Positions 1-8,840 of a stretch of DNA of 26,676 nt are shown piece by piece. Under the pieces are notes generated by a model that saw only the letters and a program-made list of their open reading frames with translations, ran no database searches and was not told where the DNA came from. Source of the stretch: Bdellovibrionia bacterium (GTDB lineage Bacteria; Bdellovibrionota; UBA1018); NCBI GenBank assembly GCA_039916675.1, contig JBDSKY010000203.1, forward strand, positions 1-26,676. Direction: 5' to 3'. The position numbers and the translations under genes were made by a program. Each line of letters begins with the position of its first letter. Within the stretch, counting starts at the first letter, position 1.

Positions 1-77
1 TCCCGAATAGTAAGGTGAACATCTTTCACAGCGCATACCGCACCATAAGATTTATTGAGGCCCTGTAATTCAAGCAT
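1..77 (-). CDS. ABC transporter ATP-binding protein, 5' fragment (runs off window start)
   Basis: Manual translation from ATG at 77 gives MLELQGLNKSYGAVCAVKDVHLTIR, the typical first strands of an ABC ATPase before Walker A. In-frame TAA just upstream. Not in the ORF track. Confidence 0.75.
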   Translation of the reverse strand, partial: MLELQGLNKSYGAVCAVKDVHLTIR

Positions 78-144
78 TGACGCGACTTATAACAGACTTT
101 GCTCGAATAAAAACCGGTTTTTTCCCCACAGCAAGGTCAAAAGA

Positions 145-393
145 CTATTCTTTCGAATGGCTCGCTGCTGCTGAACCCGCAGAGGACTTATGTCTCTCCT
201 CAGACTTCGTAGAAGTACTAGTGGGTTCTCCGCTAAGAACCTTAGACTTGACATCTGTTTTCGCTCCACAGGCGGATTGTGTCTCACCGGTTTCTCCGGT
301 TGAGGTAGGTTCCGTAGCGAAGGAAATAACTCCCCAAGTAACTCCGATAAATCCAAGGACAAGACCAAATACTGTTCTTAATGAAGCCTTCAT
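145..393 (-). CDS. Small secreted, Ser/Thr-rich, probably disordered protein; positional analogue of Bdellovibrio Bd0108 (hit)
   Basis: Strong RBS (AGAAGGAG) before ATG 393. Sec signal peptide ending S-F-A at residue 26. The 56-aa mature part has 21 Ser/Thr, no aromatic residues and one Cys. Lies directly downstream of the RHS gene at the end of a tad cluster. Confidence 0.7.
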   Translation of the reverse strand: MKASLRTVFGLVLGFIGVTWGVISFATEPTSTGETGETQSACGAKTDVKSKVLSGEPTSTSTKSEERHKSSAGSAAASHSKE

Positions 394-442
394 AAAAACT
401 CCTTCTATGATTTACACAAAATAAAATACATTAACTAAGCCA

Positions 443-2143
443 CTAAAAAGCTAAAGTAACTCCAGCTGGACCAATAATATCCAATAACTCTTGAAACTCT
501 TGAGTAACCTGGGAAGCGATTTTTCGTCCAGACGTGCTTTCGACTTTCTTAATATCGCCACTATTAGTGTAGCTTACCGTAATGGTTCCGACCTTGGGAT
601 CGGTAATTTCTATCGGTTTAGAATTCTCGTTGTACTTAAAAGTAATCTCATGACGGTCCTGATCGACTATGCCATGAATTCTTCCAACCGAGTCATAAAC
701 CAATTTTACAGCCTTAGACTGCGAGTTTTTCGCCGTGACAAGATTGCCCTTGCCGTCATAAGAAAATTTAGACCAACTGACTTCCTTTTCCTTACCATTT
801 TCTCGTGTCTTTTTACTTACAGATTCGACTTTACCGACCTTCGAATCATAAGTCAGGTCAGTGGTTTCTTCAGGGGTAACTTTTTTAACGACATGACACT
901 TGTTATCGTATTTAAACGTCGTAACCTGCCCACCCTGCTTAATGGATTCAGGAAGACCACAGGCTTCGCTATAAACTGTCTCCGAAGTCTCGCCGTCTAG
1001 AACGGTTACCAGTTTTTCTGTCCATTCCTCACCGTCTGCTTTTCTTTTATTAAAATACTCGTATTTGCTATCAGAAACCAGCTTACCGTCAGCACCCTTA
1101 ACTTTTACCGTTGCAGTGTAACGATCCTTATTTTCATTGGGGTAATCATAGGCAGTAATCGTTCCATCCCGGTCCTTAATACTCTTAACGCTTTCGAACT
1201 TATCTTTGCCATAATACTCAATGCCCATAGTGGTTTTGTCACCATAGGAGATTGAAATCAGATTGTGTCGTCCAAGTGAATCATACTTATAAGTAAATGT
1301 ATTTTTATCCACATCTACGCTACTCACCAATTCATCCTGGGCATTATAAGTGTATTTGGCGCGCTTCTGATTTTCACCTTCAATATCAGTCAACAACCCC
1401 TTGACATTAAAACGCAATATTATCTTTCTATTGAAATTATCCAGTAGCTCTTTGTAGCCGTTTTTATTATTGATCGAGATAAAATTTCCATTTTTATCAG
1501 AGATTTTTACCAAACGGCCAGATTCATCAAATTTTTCAACACGGCCTGAATCGAAATCTCTCTGATATCCATCGGCTATCTTAGTGATAAATTGATAACT
1601 AAATCGATTGGATTTGAGCTGAGTTCCTTTAGTTAACTGACGAGCCTTGATTTTACCTTGGGCCCGGAATTTTTCCCACTGGTCATTTCTAAAAGTAGCG
1701 TCGGTTTTGAGCTGTTGTCTATAGGAGGTCAGATGTTCCCCGCTTCCGACTACTCCGGAGGCTTGGGCAATTTTAACAATTTCATCTACTGCCTTATCCA
1801 GTTCGGCGGCATTGAATGAGAAGGGAATAAATCGATTTTCAGCGCCGCCACCGTACTCGTGCACTACTACGCTGCCATCAGGAGCTACAGAAAGAAAAAC
1901 TTCATATTCATTGCCCCAACCCCAGCCAAAAACACCTTTGAACGGAGTTTTTGAATTGTAAACCCTTTCTATCTTTGGATCGAATCCGCCCGAATAGACG
2001 ATATCCGTATAACCCACAAAGAAATTCCCGTTTTTCAGGCTTACATTTGCCCAGGTTGGCCCCGCGGACCAAAGGCTTAGCAATCCAGTAATTATCAAAC
2101 TTTTAAAAAACCAGCTTCTAAAAAACGTATTTTCAGTTGTCAT
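443..2143 (-). CDS. Secreted RHS/YD-repeat protein with DUF6531-like N-terminal domain (Bd0109-like)
   Basis: Signal peptide (..PTWA). NVSLKNGNFF..ERVYNS..FGWGW motif typical of the RHS N-terminal DUF6531 domain. Many YD-type repeats (YTYNAQDEL, FSYDGKGNL, VYDSVGRI). 566 aa. Confidence 0.88.
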   Translation of the reverse strand: MTTENTFFRSWFFKSLIITGLLSLWSAGPTWANVSLKNGNFFVGYTDIVYSGGFDPKIERVYNSKTPFKGVFGWGWGNEYEVFLSVAPDGSVVVHEYGGGAENRFIPFSFNAAELDKAVDEIVKIAQASGVVGSGEHLTSYRQQLKTDATFRNDQWEKFRAQGKIKARQLTKGTQLKSNRFSYQFITKIADGYQRDFDSGRVEKFDESGRLVKISDKNGNFISINNKNGYKELLDNFNRKIILRFNVKGLLTDIEGENQKRAKYTYNAQDELVSSVDVDKNTFTYKYDSLGRHNLISISYGDKTTMGIEYYGKDKFESVKSIKDRDGTITAYDYPNENKDRYTATVKVKGADGKLVSDSKYEYFNKRKADGEEWTEKLVTVLDGETSETVYSEACGLPESIKQGGQVTTFKYDNKCHVVKKVTPEETTDLTYDSKVGKVESVSKKTRENGKEKEVSWSKFSYDGKGNLVTAKNSQSKAVKLVYDSVGRIHGIVDQDRHEITFKYNENSKPIEITDPKVGTITVSYTNSGDIKKVESTSGRKIASQVTQEFQELLDIIGPAGVTLAF

Positions 2144-2276
2144 ATATTCCCCCGGATAACAAGTTTGATCTGAACACAGCCAGCCCTTCAGTCCAAATTC
2201 CCCTACAACATTGGACCTAGTTCCTTTACTCAGATATTATCATACATTTCTATAATCATAATATTTTTACTAAATA

Positions 2277-3140
2277 TTACACGTCAATTTTTACAATCTG
2301 CATGATCACAAAAAACCCGACTGCTTCCAACAGGAATATGCCCATTACAATAAGCCATCCAACAGGAGTCGTAACCAGAGGCCGCATAAAATCCGGGTCA
2401 GTTTGAAAGAACACCACCGCCAAAATAGGGGGAATAGCCATGACAAAAACCCCTTGATAAAATCCTTGCGCAGTTAAGGCCGAAATCTTGTTCTCTACCT
2501 TAATTCTTTCTCGGATAGTCGAAACGATGGTATCAAAAGTTTCCGCCAAATTTCCGCCGGTCTCCTTAAGAATATTGATCGAAGTCACAAACATTTCAAC
2601 ATCATCACTTTTTATCCTCTTCGAAAGATTCAAAAAAGCGTCTTCCAAAGATACCCCCACACGGTTTTCACTTAGGACTAACGTAAACTCCTGCTGAATC
2701 GGATTTGGCATTTCCTGGGTTACTAGGCCTAGGGATTGGACTACAGAAAGACCTGATTTCATACCATTGGACATCAAGGAAAGAGCATCCACCATCTGCA
2801 TTACAAACTTTTTCACCCGTTTATTATACATATAGTTGACGATCGGCTTAGGAAGCTTCCAACCTATTATGGTTCCAATAATGGCCAAGGGAATTCCTGG
2901 AAACAGATTGGGCAAAAAAGCCAAAAAGATCAGTGTTCCTAATCCAAAACTTATAGAGAACAATCCAAGCAGGATACGTTGTGGGGGAATATCAATAAAC
3001 ATCATACCTAGACGTTCAACAATATAGTCGCGTGTTCCTAAAGACTGAAATCTCAGCCAATCCAGGAAGCGAGTGCTGTAAATATAGGAAGCTAAAAAGA
3101 CGGATAAACCAAAAAGTAAGATACCCCCGATTTTCATCAT
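2277..3140 (-). CDS. tadB: Tad pilus inner-membrane platform protein TadB (T2SS F family)
   Basis: QMVDALSLMSNGMKSGLS..EF..V..E...G.SLEDA and LKETGGNLAETFDTIVSTIRERIKVENKISALTAQG motifs; TM helices; follows the ATPase gene. Confidence 0.93.
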   Translation of the reverse strand: MMKIGGILLFGLSVFLASYIYSTRFLDWLRFQSLGTRDYIVERLGMMFIDIPPQRILLGLFSISFGLGTLIFLAFLPNLFPGIPLAIIGTIIGWKLPKPIVNYMYNKRVKKFVMQMVDALSLMSNGMKSGLSVVQSLGLVTQEMPNPIQQEFTLVLSENRVGVSLEDAFLNLSKRIKSDDVEMFVTSINILKETGGNLAETFDTIVSTIRERIKVENKISALTAQGFYQGVFVMAIPPILAVVFFQTDPDFMRPLVTTPVGWLIVMGIFLLEAVGFFVIMQIVKIDV

Positions 3141-3155
3141 AATAAGTAAACCGCC

Positions 3156-5330
3156 TTATTTTGCAGAAAACAGTCCCCGTGATATTTTCATCCCCTTGGC
3201 TTCCATTTCCTCTACAAACTTCGGGATAAATCCGGTGGGAACAAACCTTCCGATGATTTTTCGCTTCTTATCTAACCCTTCTTGTTTGTAAATAAAGATG
3301 TCCTGAAGACTAATGACTTCGCCTTGCATCCCTACAACTTCGGTAATGTAGGTTACCTTTCTAGTTCCATCGCTCATTCTAGATTGTTGGATAATTAACC
3401 CGACGGCGGAGGCTATATTTTCCTTAATTGCTTTAGCCGGCAATCCGAGACCGGCCATCATCACGAGAGTCTCCAGACGGGCAATCGCTTCTCGAGGATT
3501 ATTGGCATGCAGAGTCGTCAGAGACCCGGAATGCCCGGTATTCATCGCTGAAAGCATGTCCAAGGCTTCCCCACTTCGACACTCACCCACCACAATTCGA
3601 TCGGGGCGCATTCTGAGACAACATTTAATGAGGTCCCGAATGCTAACTTCCCCTTCTCCTTCAATATTCTTCGGTCGTGATTCAAGTCGCACAACGTGTT
3701 CTTGACCCAATTGAATTTCGGCCGAATCCTCAACCGTAATAATTCGTTCTGACGCAGGGATAAAATTCGAGAGAACATTTAGGAGTGTAGTTTTTCCAGA
3801 TCCCGTACCTCCTGAAACAACAATGTTTAGTTTGGCTTCAACGCAGCATCGCAGAAAATCTGCAATTTCTTCTGTCATGGAGCCAAAAGTGACCAAATCC
3901 TTATATTCAATTCTTTTCTTGGGGAATTTTCTAATAGTAATAGTCGGACCGCGCAAAGAGAGGGGCGGAATAATAACATGCACTCGCGAACCATCTTGAA
4001 GTCTTGCGTCCACGTACGGAACCTTTTCATCAACTCTGCGCCCCAAAGGAGTAACTATTCTTTCGATGACATTCATCATTTGAGATTCACTCGAAAAGTT
4101 AACCTTGGACAACTGGGGCTTACCGGCTTTTTCGATGTAAATTTGGTCTCTGGCGTTCACCATAATTTCAGTCACAGAATCGTCTGCTAACAAATCCTCC
4201 AAGGGCCCCAATCCTAAAGCTTCGTCTAACACTTCCTTTAACATTTGTGCCTTCAGCTCACGAGTGGTGAGAAGGGAACTAGTGTCTTCAGATGCCAGAA
4301 TATCCAGCACACCCTTTTGCGTCTTTTCCCGTAAGATGGCTCGCTGTTTGGGGTCGCTCGTATCGATATTCATCTTTTTCAAATCCATCTGCTCTACCAA
4401 GGATTTGTGAATTCGTAGTTTCATTGCGGTCCAAGGATCCAAAGGAGCTGCGCTACTCCGAGCGCCAGGGCCTCCAGAAGGGTCCTTTCCACCATCGGCC
4501 CCACCGCTCAACAAATCCTTTGCTCCTGCGCCTGCTGCCGCCTTCGCAACTACTCCAGTAGGTTTTTTTAATTTAGCTAAGTTTTCATACAAATTAGTCT
4601 GCTGAATCTTACGAACTATATCGTGATAAGAGCGAGAGATTGGCGCCCCTGCTGCTGCAATACAGAAAGGAATACTTTTAGCCAGAGAACCGTCACAGGT
4701 TGCTACATCCTCTGGAATCGCAGCAAAAATGGCTCGATTCAGATTCTTTTGAATCATTTGTGGGGTAATAATATTGCTCTGTGAATACCTATTAACGACA
4801 ATCTGAACCATTTCCGGCGGGAAGAGTAATTCCTGAATTCTGGCCAATACTCTTTTTGTTTGGTTAATTACGATGACATCTGCCGTCGTAACAACAAAAA
4901 TGGCTGTGGAGTATTCAAAAGTTTTTAATGCCCAGGGGTCCGTACCATTCCCACAATCCACTACGACCAAATTAAATACGTTGGGTGCAGCCTTAAGAAA
5001 TCTGCCCAAGCCGTCAATGTCGATATCTCGAGCGAGAATTGCGTCTTTAGGTGACCCTATGTAACTGTAACCTGCGGGCGCATTTACCATGAAGGGAGCC
5101 AATGACTTAGGATCAATGGCGCCGCCTTGTAATTTCGAAACATCAACGATGCTCTTAGGCGGGTTTTGTCCCAAAATTATGTTTTGATCTCCTAGACTCC
5201 CAAGGTCCAGATCAATAATCAGTGGTCTTTGTTTAAACTCTTGAAGATACGCAATGGCAAGATTAGCGGCGAAGACACTCTTCCCCACTCCCCCTTTTCC
5301 TCCTACTACGGCTACAATATGACCGGCCAT
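3156..5330 (-). CDS. cpaF: CpaE/TadZ-like MinD-type ATPase fused to CpaF/TadA pilus assembly ATPase
   Basis: N-terminal deviant Walker A GGKGGVGKS and Walker B VVVDCG. C-terminal GGTGSGKTT, Asp box TVEDSAE, RMRPDRIVVGECR and His box TGHSGSLTTLHAN. The domains are joined by a Gly/Ala linker. RBS AAGGA. Confidence 0.93.
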   Translation of the reverse strand: MAGHIVAVVGGKGGVGKSVFAANLAIAYLQEFKQRPLIIDLDLGSLGDQNIILGQNPPKSIVDVSKLQGGAIDPKSLAPFMVNAPAGYSYIGSPKDAILARDIDIDGLGRFLKAAPNVFNLVVVDCGNGTDPWALKTFEYSTAIFVVTTADVIVINQTKRVLARIQELLFPPEMVQIVVNRYSQSNIITPQMIQKNLNRAIFAAIPEDVATCDGSLAKSIPFCIAAAGAPISRSYHDIVRKIQQTNLYENLAKLKKPTGVVAKAAAGAGAKDLLSGGADGGKDPSGGPGARSSAAPLDPWTAMKLRIHKSLVEQMDLKKMNIDTSDPKQRAILREKTQKGVLDILASEDTSSLLTTRELKAQMLKEVLDEALGLGPLEDLLADDSVTEIMVNARDQIYIEKAGKPQLSKVNFSSESQMMNVIERIVTPLGRRVDEKVPYVDARLQDGSRVHVIIPPLSLRGPTITIRKFPKKRIEYKDLVTFGSMTEEIADFLRCCVEAKLNIVVSGGTGSGKTTLLNVLSNFIPASERIITVEDSAEIQLGQEHVVRLESRPKNIEGEGEVSIRDLIKCCLRMRPDRIVVGECRSGEALDMLSAMNTGHSGSLTTLHANNPREAIARLETLVMMAGLGLPAKAIKENIASAVGLIIQQSRMSDGTRKVTYITEVVGMQGEVISLQDIFIYKQEGLDKKRKIIGRFVPTGFIPKFVEEMEAKGMKISRGLFSAK

Positions 5331-5357
5331 GACTTGAGTCCTTTCGTACTACGCCAC

Positions 5358-7046
5358 TTACTTTACTTTTACTCTGAAGTTTCTCTTCATATCGTCAGTA
5401 CCCTCTGAAGCATTTTCGATAATTTGAGGTGTTACAAAGATAACAAATTGAGACTTTTTCTTTCGATAGGCTTTGGATCTAAGAAGGGTAAACAAAGGAT
5501 CCGTACCTTGAGAAAAGGCCCCTGGCGAAGGATCATCTTTATTGAAATCGGTGCCTATATCACTTGAAATAACCCCTGCGACGGCTGCACTTTCGCCAGA
5601 TCTCACGTAAATGGTTGTCTTCACTTTATGTGTCGCGGTAATAGGGGGCGCCCCGGTAGCAGGGGCACGGCCTACCAAATTGGTTTGGTTCATTTCTACG
5701 TTAAGTTGGATATCTTCGCTCTGACCCAATATCAAAGGAGTTACTGCGGCGCTCAATCCGACGTCCTTGGTGGCTGCAGTAACTTGGCCATTTTGGCCAG
5801 CCTGATTATAAGGAATTTGCGTCGCCTCAGTAAGAGTTGCGGGTTGGCCACTTCGGACAATGAGTGTTCCTGTCTTAAGAATCCGGGCATAACCTGCTGC
5901 CTGAGAAGAGGCCAATTTAGGAAGAAGAGACGAAAGTGTACCACTAAAGGACGCTCCAGTTGATGCGCCAGCGGCACCTGTTTGGCTTTGTCCGACTTGA
6001 ATCTGAGGATCAGAAGTGAAACCCGGCTGCCATTTAAATCCAAATACCTTATTATAATCTTTGGACAACTCTACGAAATGAACAGTGACTCGAACTAATT
6101 TGTCTGTTTTTTGCGGCGGTGGCGGATTTATTACAATAAAACTCTCAATCAGTTTTCGAGGCGGCGCTCGTTGGACAGTGGGATCTTTTTCCAATAGGCT
6201 ACCTGGTTTCAAATCCGGAAGATAAAGATTGGCCAACTTAAACGCTCGATTAGACTGGTCCATATTGTCAACGGTTCCTTCTAGAAAAATTGTCCCGTTC
6301 ACAACCCGAGTCTTTACATTCGGAGCCCCCGCTGCATTCACATCGTCTTGGATCCTCTTAGCCATTACTTTCATAGCCAAAGGGGAAAGAGTGGTAAGAT
6401 TTAAGACAAAATCCGCGTAACTTTTGTCTTGAATGACCGTCAGCAATCTCCCGTAATCTATAGGTACGATTACTTCACCTTCGATTACCACCTTCGGACC
6501 TACGATCCGAATATCCAATCCCTCCACGTCCCTCAACAGATCTCTTATTTCGTTTGCGATCCTTAGTAGATTTGTCCCGGTTACTCGCACCATGAAAATT
6601 AATTTTAAACTGCCGTCGTTGTCCCGGACAGTAACCGTTGTCTCACCGGCCTTCAGCGGCTTAAAAACGAGTTGTCGTTTCTCTCCGATTTTGACTAGAG
6701 TCGTAGTGACGATTTGGGGATTCCCGTAACTAATCCCGTTTGCACCTGCATTGGCTTCGAAATCCAAATCAACCGCTTTATCTTCCCCGGTGGTTAGAAG
6801 TAAACGCCTTCTATCCGCTTCCCCTTCCGACTCATCATATGTTAGTTTAGATCTCTGATAACGATTTCGCTTTTTGGGAACCAATGTCGGCGGTGCATCC
6901 ACAGGACCATCAGCCGCCTCGGAGATAATATTCAAACTATAAATTAGGATGCTAAGGAGCAAGATTAGGCAAACCCGTCCCTTAAGGACCTTGCCCAAAG
7001 CAGACTGTTTCCAAACTGCATCCCGGAGTTTTTCAACCCATTTCAT
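5358..7046 (-). CDS. cpaC: Tad secretin CpaC/RcpA with pilus-secretin N domain and BON-like domains
   Basis: N domain (GNPQIV..LVFKPLKAGETTVTV); BON-like segments (IRIVGPKVVIEGEV; VKTRVVNGTIFLEGTV); secretin C-terminal motifs (VRSGQPATL, PLFTLLRSK..FVIFVTPQII). ATGA overlap with cpaB. Confidence 0.88.
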   Translation of the reverse strand: MKWVEKLRDAVWKQSALGKVLKGRVCLILLLSILIYSLNIISEAADGPVDAPPTLVPKKRNRYQRSKLTYDESEGEADRRRLLLTTGEDKAVDLDFEANAGANGISYGNPQIVTTTLVKIGEKRQLVFKPLKAGETTVTVRDNDGSLKLIFMVRVTGTNLLRIANEIRDLLRDVEGLDIRIVGPKVVIEGEVIVPIDYGRLLTVIQDKSYADFVLNLTTLSPLAMKVMAKRIQDDVNAAGAPNVKTRVVNGTIFLEGTVDNMDQSNRAFKLANLYLPDLKPGSLLEKDPTVQRAPPRKLIESFIVINPPPPQKTDKLVRVTVHFVELSKDYNKVFGFKWQPGFTSDPQIQVGQSQTGAAGASTGASFSGTLSSLLPKLASSQAAGYARILKTGTLIVRSGQPATLTEATQIPYNQAGQNGQVTAATKDVGLSAAVTPLILGQSEDIQLNVEMNQTNLVGRAPATGAPPITATHKVKTTIYVRSGESAAVAGVISSDIGTDFNKDDPSPGAFSQGTDPLFTLLRSKAYRKKKSQFVIFVTPQIIENASEGTDDMKRNFRVKVK

Positions 7047-7876
7047 CTCTTCAATTGAGCCCCTTTTACTCGACTCATCTCTGCACCTAGAACATCGGCC
7101 ATCACCGTAGCGGGAAAACTCAATCGCTCGGAATCATCATTGTTACGCAATGAGAGTGTCAATGCATTATCTCCATTGGCCATCACCAATGCCAAAGCTT
7201 GAGCCTGGGAAGGCTCCACCTCTAAAGTAACTGAATTATAACTAAAGTCCTGAGATAGGGGTCTTACTCTTTCCTTTCCCCCAGAACCGTCAGATTCAAT
7301 AATACGGGCCACGTTATTTGTGACATAACGACCAATAGATAAAATAATGACATCTTGTAGGACGGTCTTTGCAATTTTGTTTTCTTTACCGCCACCTGCC
7401 TCTAACACTGCAATCAGATCTACCCGATCTCCTGGCTTGATTAGCTTAGAGACACCTGAAGTTTCATTTACCGGAATAGATATTGCTCTTCTTCCCGGGG
7501 CAATTTGAGGTGCCAGCCCTGTCCTCATGCTCGGTTCGGTAATTTTATTGTAGGTAATCTGTTCACCCTTACGGATAGGGACGATTGCGACGACTCCTGC
7601 CAAACCCTTCAAGGCCTTGGAGGTTTCCTTGTCTTGCTCTTTCTTTTCCAAAGAGATCGCAGCAGGTTCTAAAAATCTTTTTGGAATTAACTTTAGCTCA
7701 AGTGAAGTTTCATTGAGCGTCTCCATTTCCTTAATGTCTCGTCGCGCTACAATCACGAGGATCTCAGTCCCAAATTTTTTCTTGGCTTCTTCTTCGATAC
7801 TGCTGACATAGCTCTGGACGAAAAAGACTGCAATCCCGGCCATCACTAAAGCTAAGGTAAGTGCTCTATTATTCAT
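7043..7876 (-). CDS. cpaB: Flp pilus assembly protein CpaB/RcpC (SAF domain)
   Basis: N-terminal TM; VARRDI SAF motif; GRRAISIPVNETSGVSKLIKPGDRVDLI; LQDVIILSIG; VTLEVEPSQAQALAL..LTLSLRN. Confidence 0.93.
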   Translation of the reverse strand: MNNRALTLALVMAGIAVFFVQSYVSSIEEEAKKKFGTEILVIVARRDIKEMETLNETSLELKLIPKRFLEPAAISLEKKEQDKETSKALKGLAGVVAIVPIRKGEQITYNKITEPSMRTGLAPQIAPGRRAISIPVNETSGVSKLIKPGDRVDLIAVLEAGGGKENKIAKTVLQDVIILSIGRYVTNNVARIIESDGSGGKERVRPLSQDFSYNSVTLEVEPSQAQALALVMANGDNALTLSLRNNDDSERLSFPATVMADVLGAEMSRVKGAQLKR

Positions 7877-7924
7877 ATTTAATAACCATTATCGCGAAAT
7901 CATGAACGGTTTACTCCTAAATAT

Positions 7925-7952
7925 GTATCGGAGTCCTGCTATCCCAACTTAA
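7925..7952 (-). promoter_or_regulatory. sigma28 (FliA)-like promoter of the cpaB-cpaC-cpaF-tadB genes
   Basis: TTAAG-N15-TCCGATAC, 48 nt upstream of the cpaB ATG. Same spacing as the motifs at 9263-9290 and 23973-24000. Confidence 0.65.
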
Positions 7953-8010
7953 ACCTTGCTTGTTATCTCCGACCGAAAAGCTCCATATCCAATTTAACCC
8001 CTTTTGGTGG

Positions 8011-8304
8011 TTAGTTGGCCTTGGGGTTCAGGAATACTCGAAACTTGGAATTGCTGAGAGGCCTAAGAAGATCTCCACTAGCTGAGTCGGCCCGACTGGG
8101 TATTTTGCCGTATTGGTAAGCAGACGCGAACTGTACTGTAATTGGAGACATCAGTTTCTGGGCCACCCCAATTCTACCTATTCCTTTGGCAATCATGAGG
8201 TAAAAGCTCAGGACAACTGCCATAAGCAAGACATATTCGGTAGTGGCTTGACCGCCTTCCTCCCGGACTACTAAGAGCTGCGGGCAACGGCCTAATGGAG
8301 CCAT
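8011..8304 (-). CDS. Flp/TadE-like minor pilin (third pilin)
   Basis: G|QATTEY class III cleavage motif with E+5/Y+6, followed by a hydrophobic helix and a longer C-terminal domain than the other two pilins. Confidence 0.78.
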   Translation of the reverse strand: MAPLGRCPQLLVVREEGGQATTEYVLLMAVVLSFYLMIAKGIGRIGVAQKLMSPITVQFASAYQYGKIPSRADSASGDLLRPLSNSKFRVFLNPKAN

Positions 8305-8840
8305 AAACCACCAAAATGGAGAAATGGGTTAGCAAAAGCTACCCAAACAGCCGCAATTGATAAAGGTATCCCGAAGGGCATCGTAAATGCCTTATCCACC
8401 TTGGGCAGCTGAACCTCTAATTCTCGAATAAATAAAGTGAGAAGAAAATTGTAGAATCGAAGGAGGAATCCGAGCAGTCTTCCGCTCGCTAATAGAATGA
8501 CAAAGGCAAATGCTCCGCCGATTACGATACCTAGAAGTGCTACTTGGAGCGTATATTCGGGACCTGCCAAAGCTCCAAATGCCATAAGCAATTTAACATC
8601 CCCGCCACCTATTATGCGAAGACCAAAGAGCCACCCATAAAATAATAGGCCTCCTAAAAAGCCCAACAAGGCTTGCCCTACCCCCGGCCAGCCCAAGAAA
8701 TAATAGCTGGCTAAAATTCCGCTCAAAGCTGTAGGGAGAGTGATCCAATTGTAAATTTTTCCGAAAAACAGATCGGTGAGTGTAGCCAGCCCGGCCACTC
8801 CCAAGATTAGATATTTGATGAATTCAATTTTGCCAAGCAC
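8292..8840 (-). CDS. cpaA: Prepilin peptidase, A24 family (CpaA/TadV)
   Basis: Catalytic motifs TDLFFGKIYNW and GGGDVKLL, C-terminal MPFGIPL, multiple TMs. GTG at 8840 (GGGG upstream) preferred over the track start at 8888, which would overlap the upstream pilin by 65 nt. Confidence 0.9.
   Translation of the reverse strand: MLGKIEFIKYLILGVAGLATLTDLFFGKIYNWITLPTALSGILASYYFLGWPGVGQALLGFLGGLLFYGWLFGLRIIGGGDVKLLMAFGALAGPEYTLQVALLGIVIGGAFAFVILLASGRLLGFLLRFYNFLLTLFIRELEVQLPKVDKAFTMPFGIPLSIAAVWVAFANPFLHFGGLWLH

Noticed and set aside
77-424. 115-aa plus-strand ORF and 93-aa minus-strand ORF (87-368)
   Set aside because: Both overlap the 145-393 ORF, which has the strong RBS, signal peptide and operon orientation. 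Neither shows recognisable motifs.
610-639. TTAAG-N17-ACCGATAG inside the RHS gene, a possible internal promoter for the hit-like gene
   Set aside because: The spacer is 2 nt longer than at the three consistent sites and it lies in coding sequence more than 200 nt from the ATG. Cannot be supported without TSS data.
443-2143. RHS protein as a polymorphic toxin with the 82-aa ORF as immunity protein
   Set aside because: No RHS core cleavage motif or toxin domain. The small ORF is disordered and low-complexity, unlike folded immunity proteins.
7889-7913. Second sigma28-like site TAAA-N13-CGCGATAA before cpaB
   Set aside because: Spacing is too short, and a better site exists at 7925-7952.
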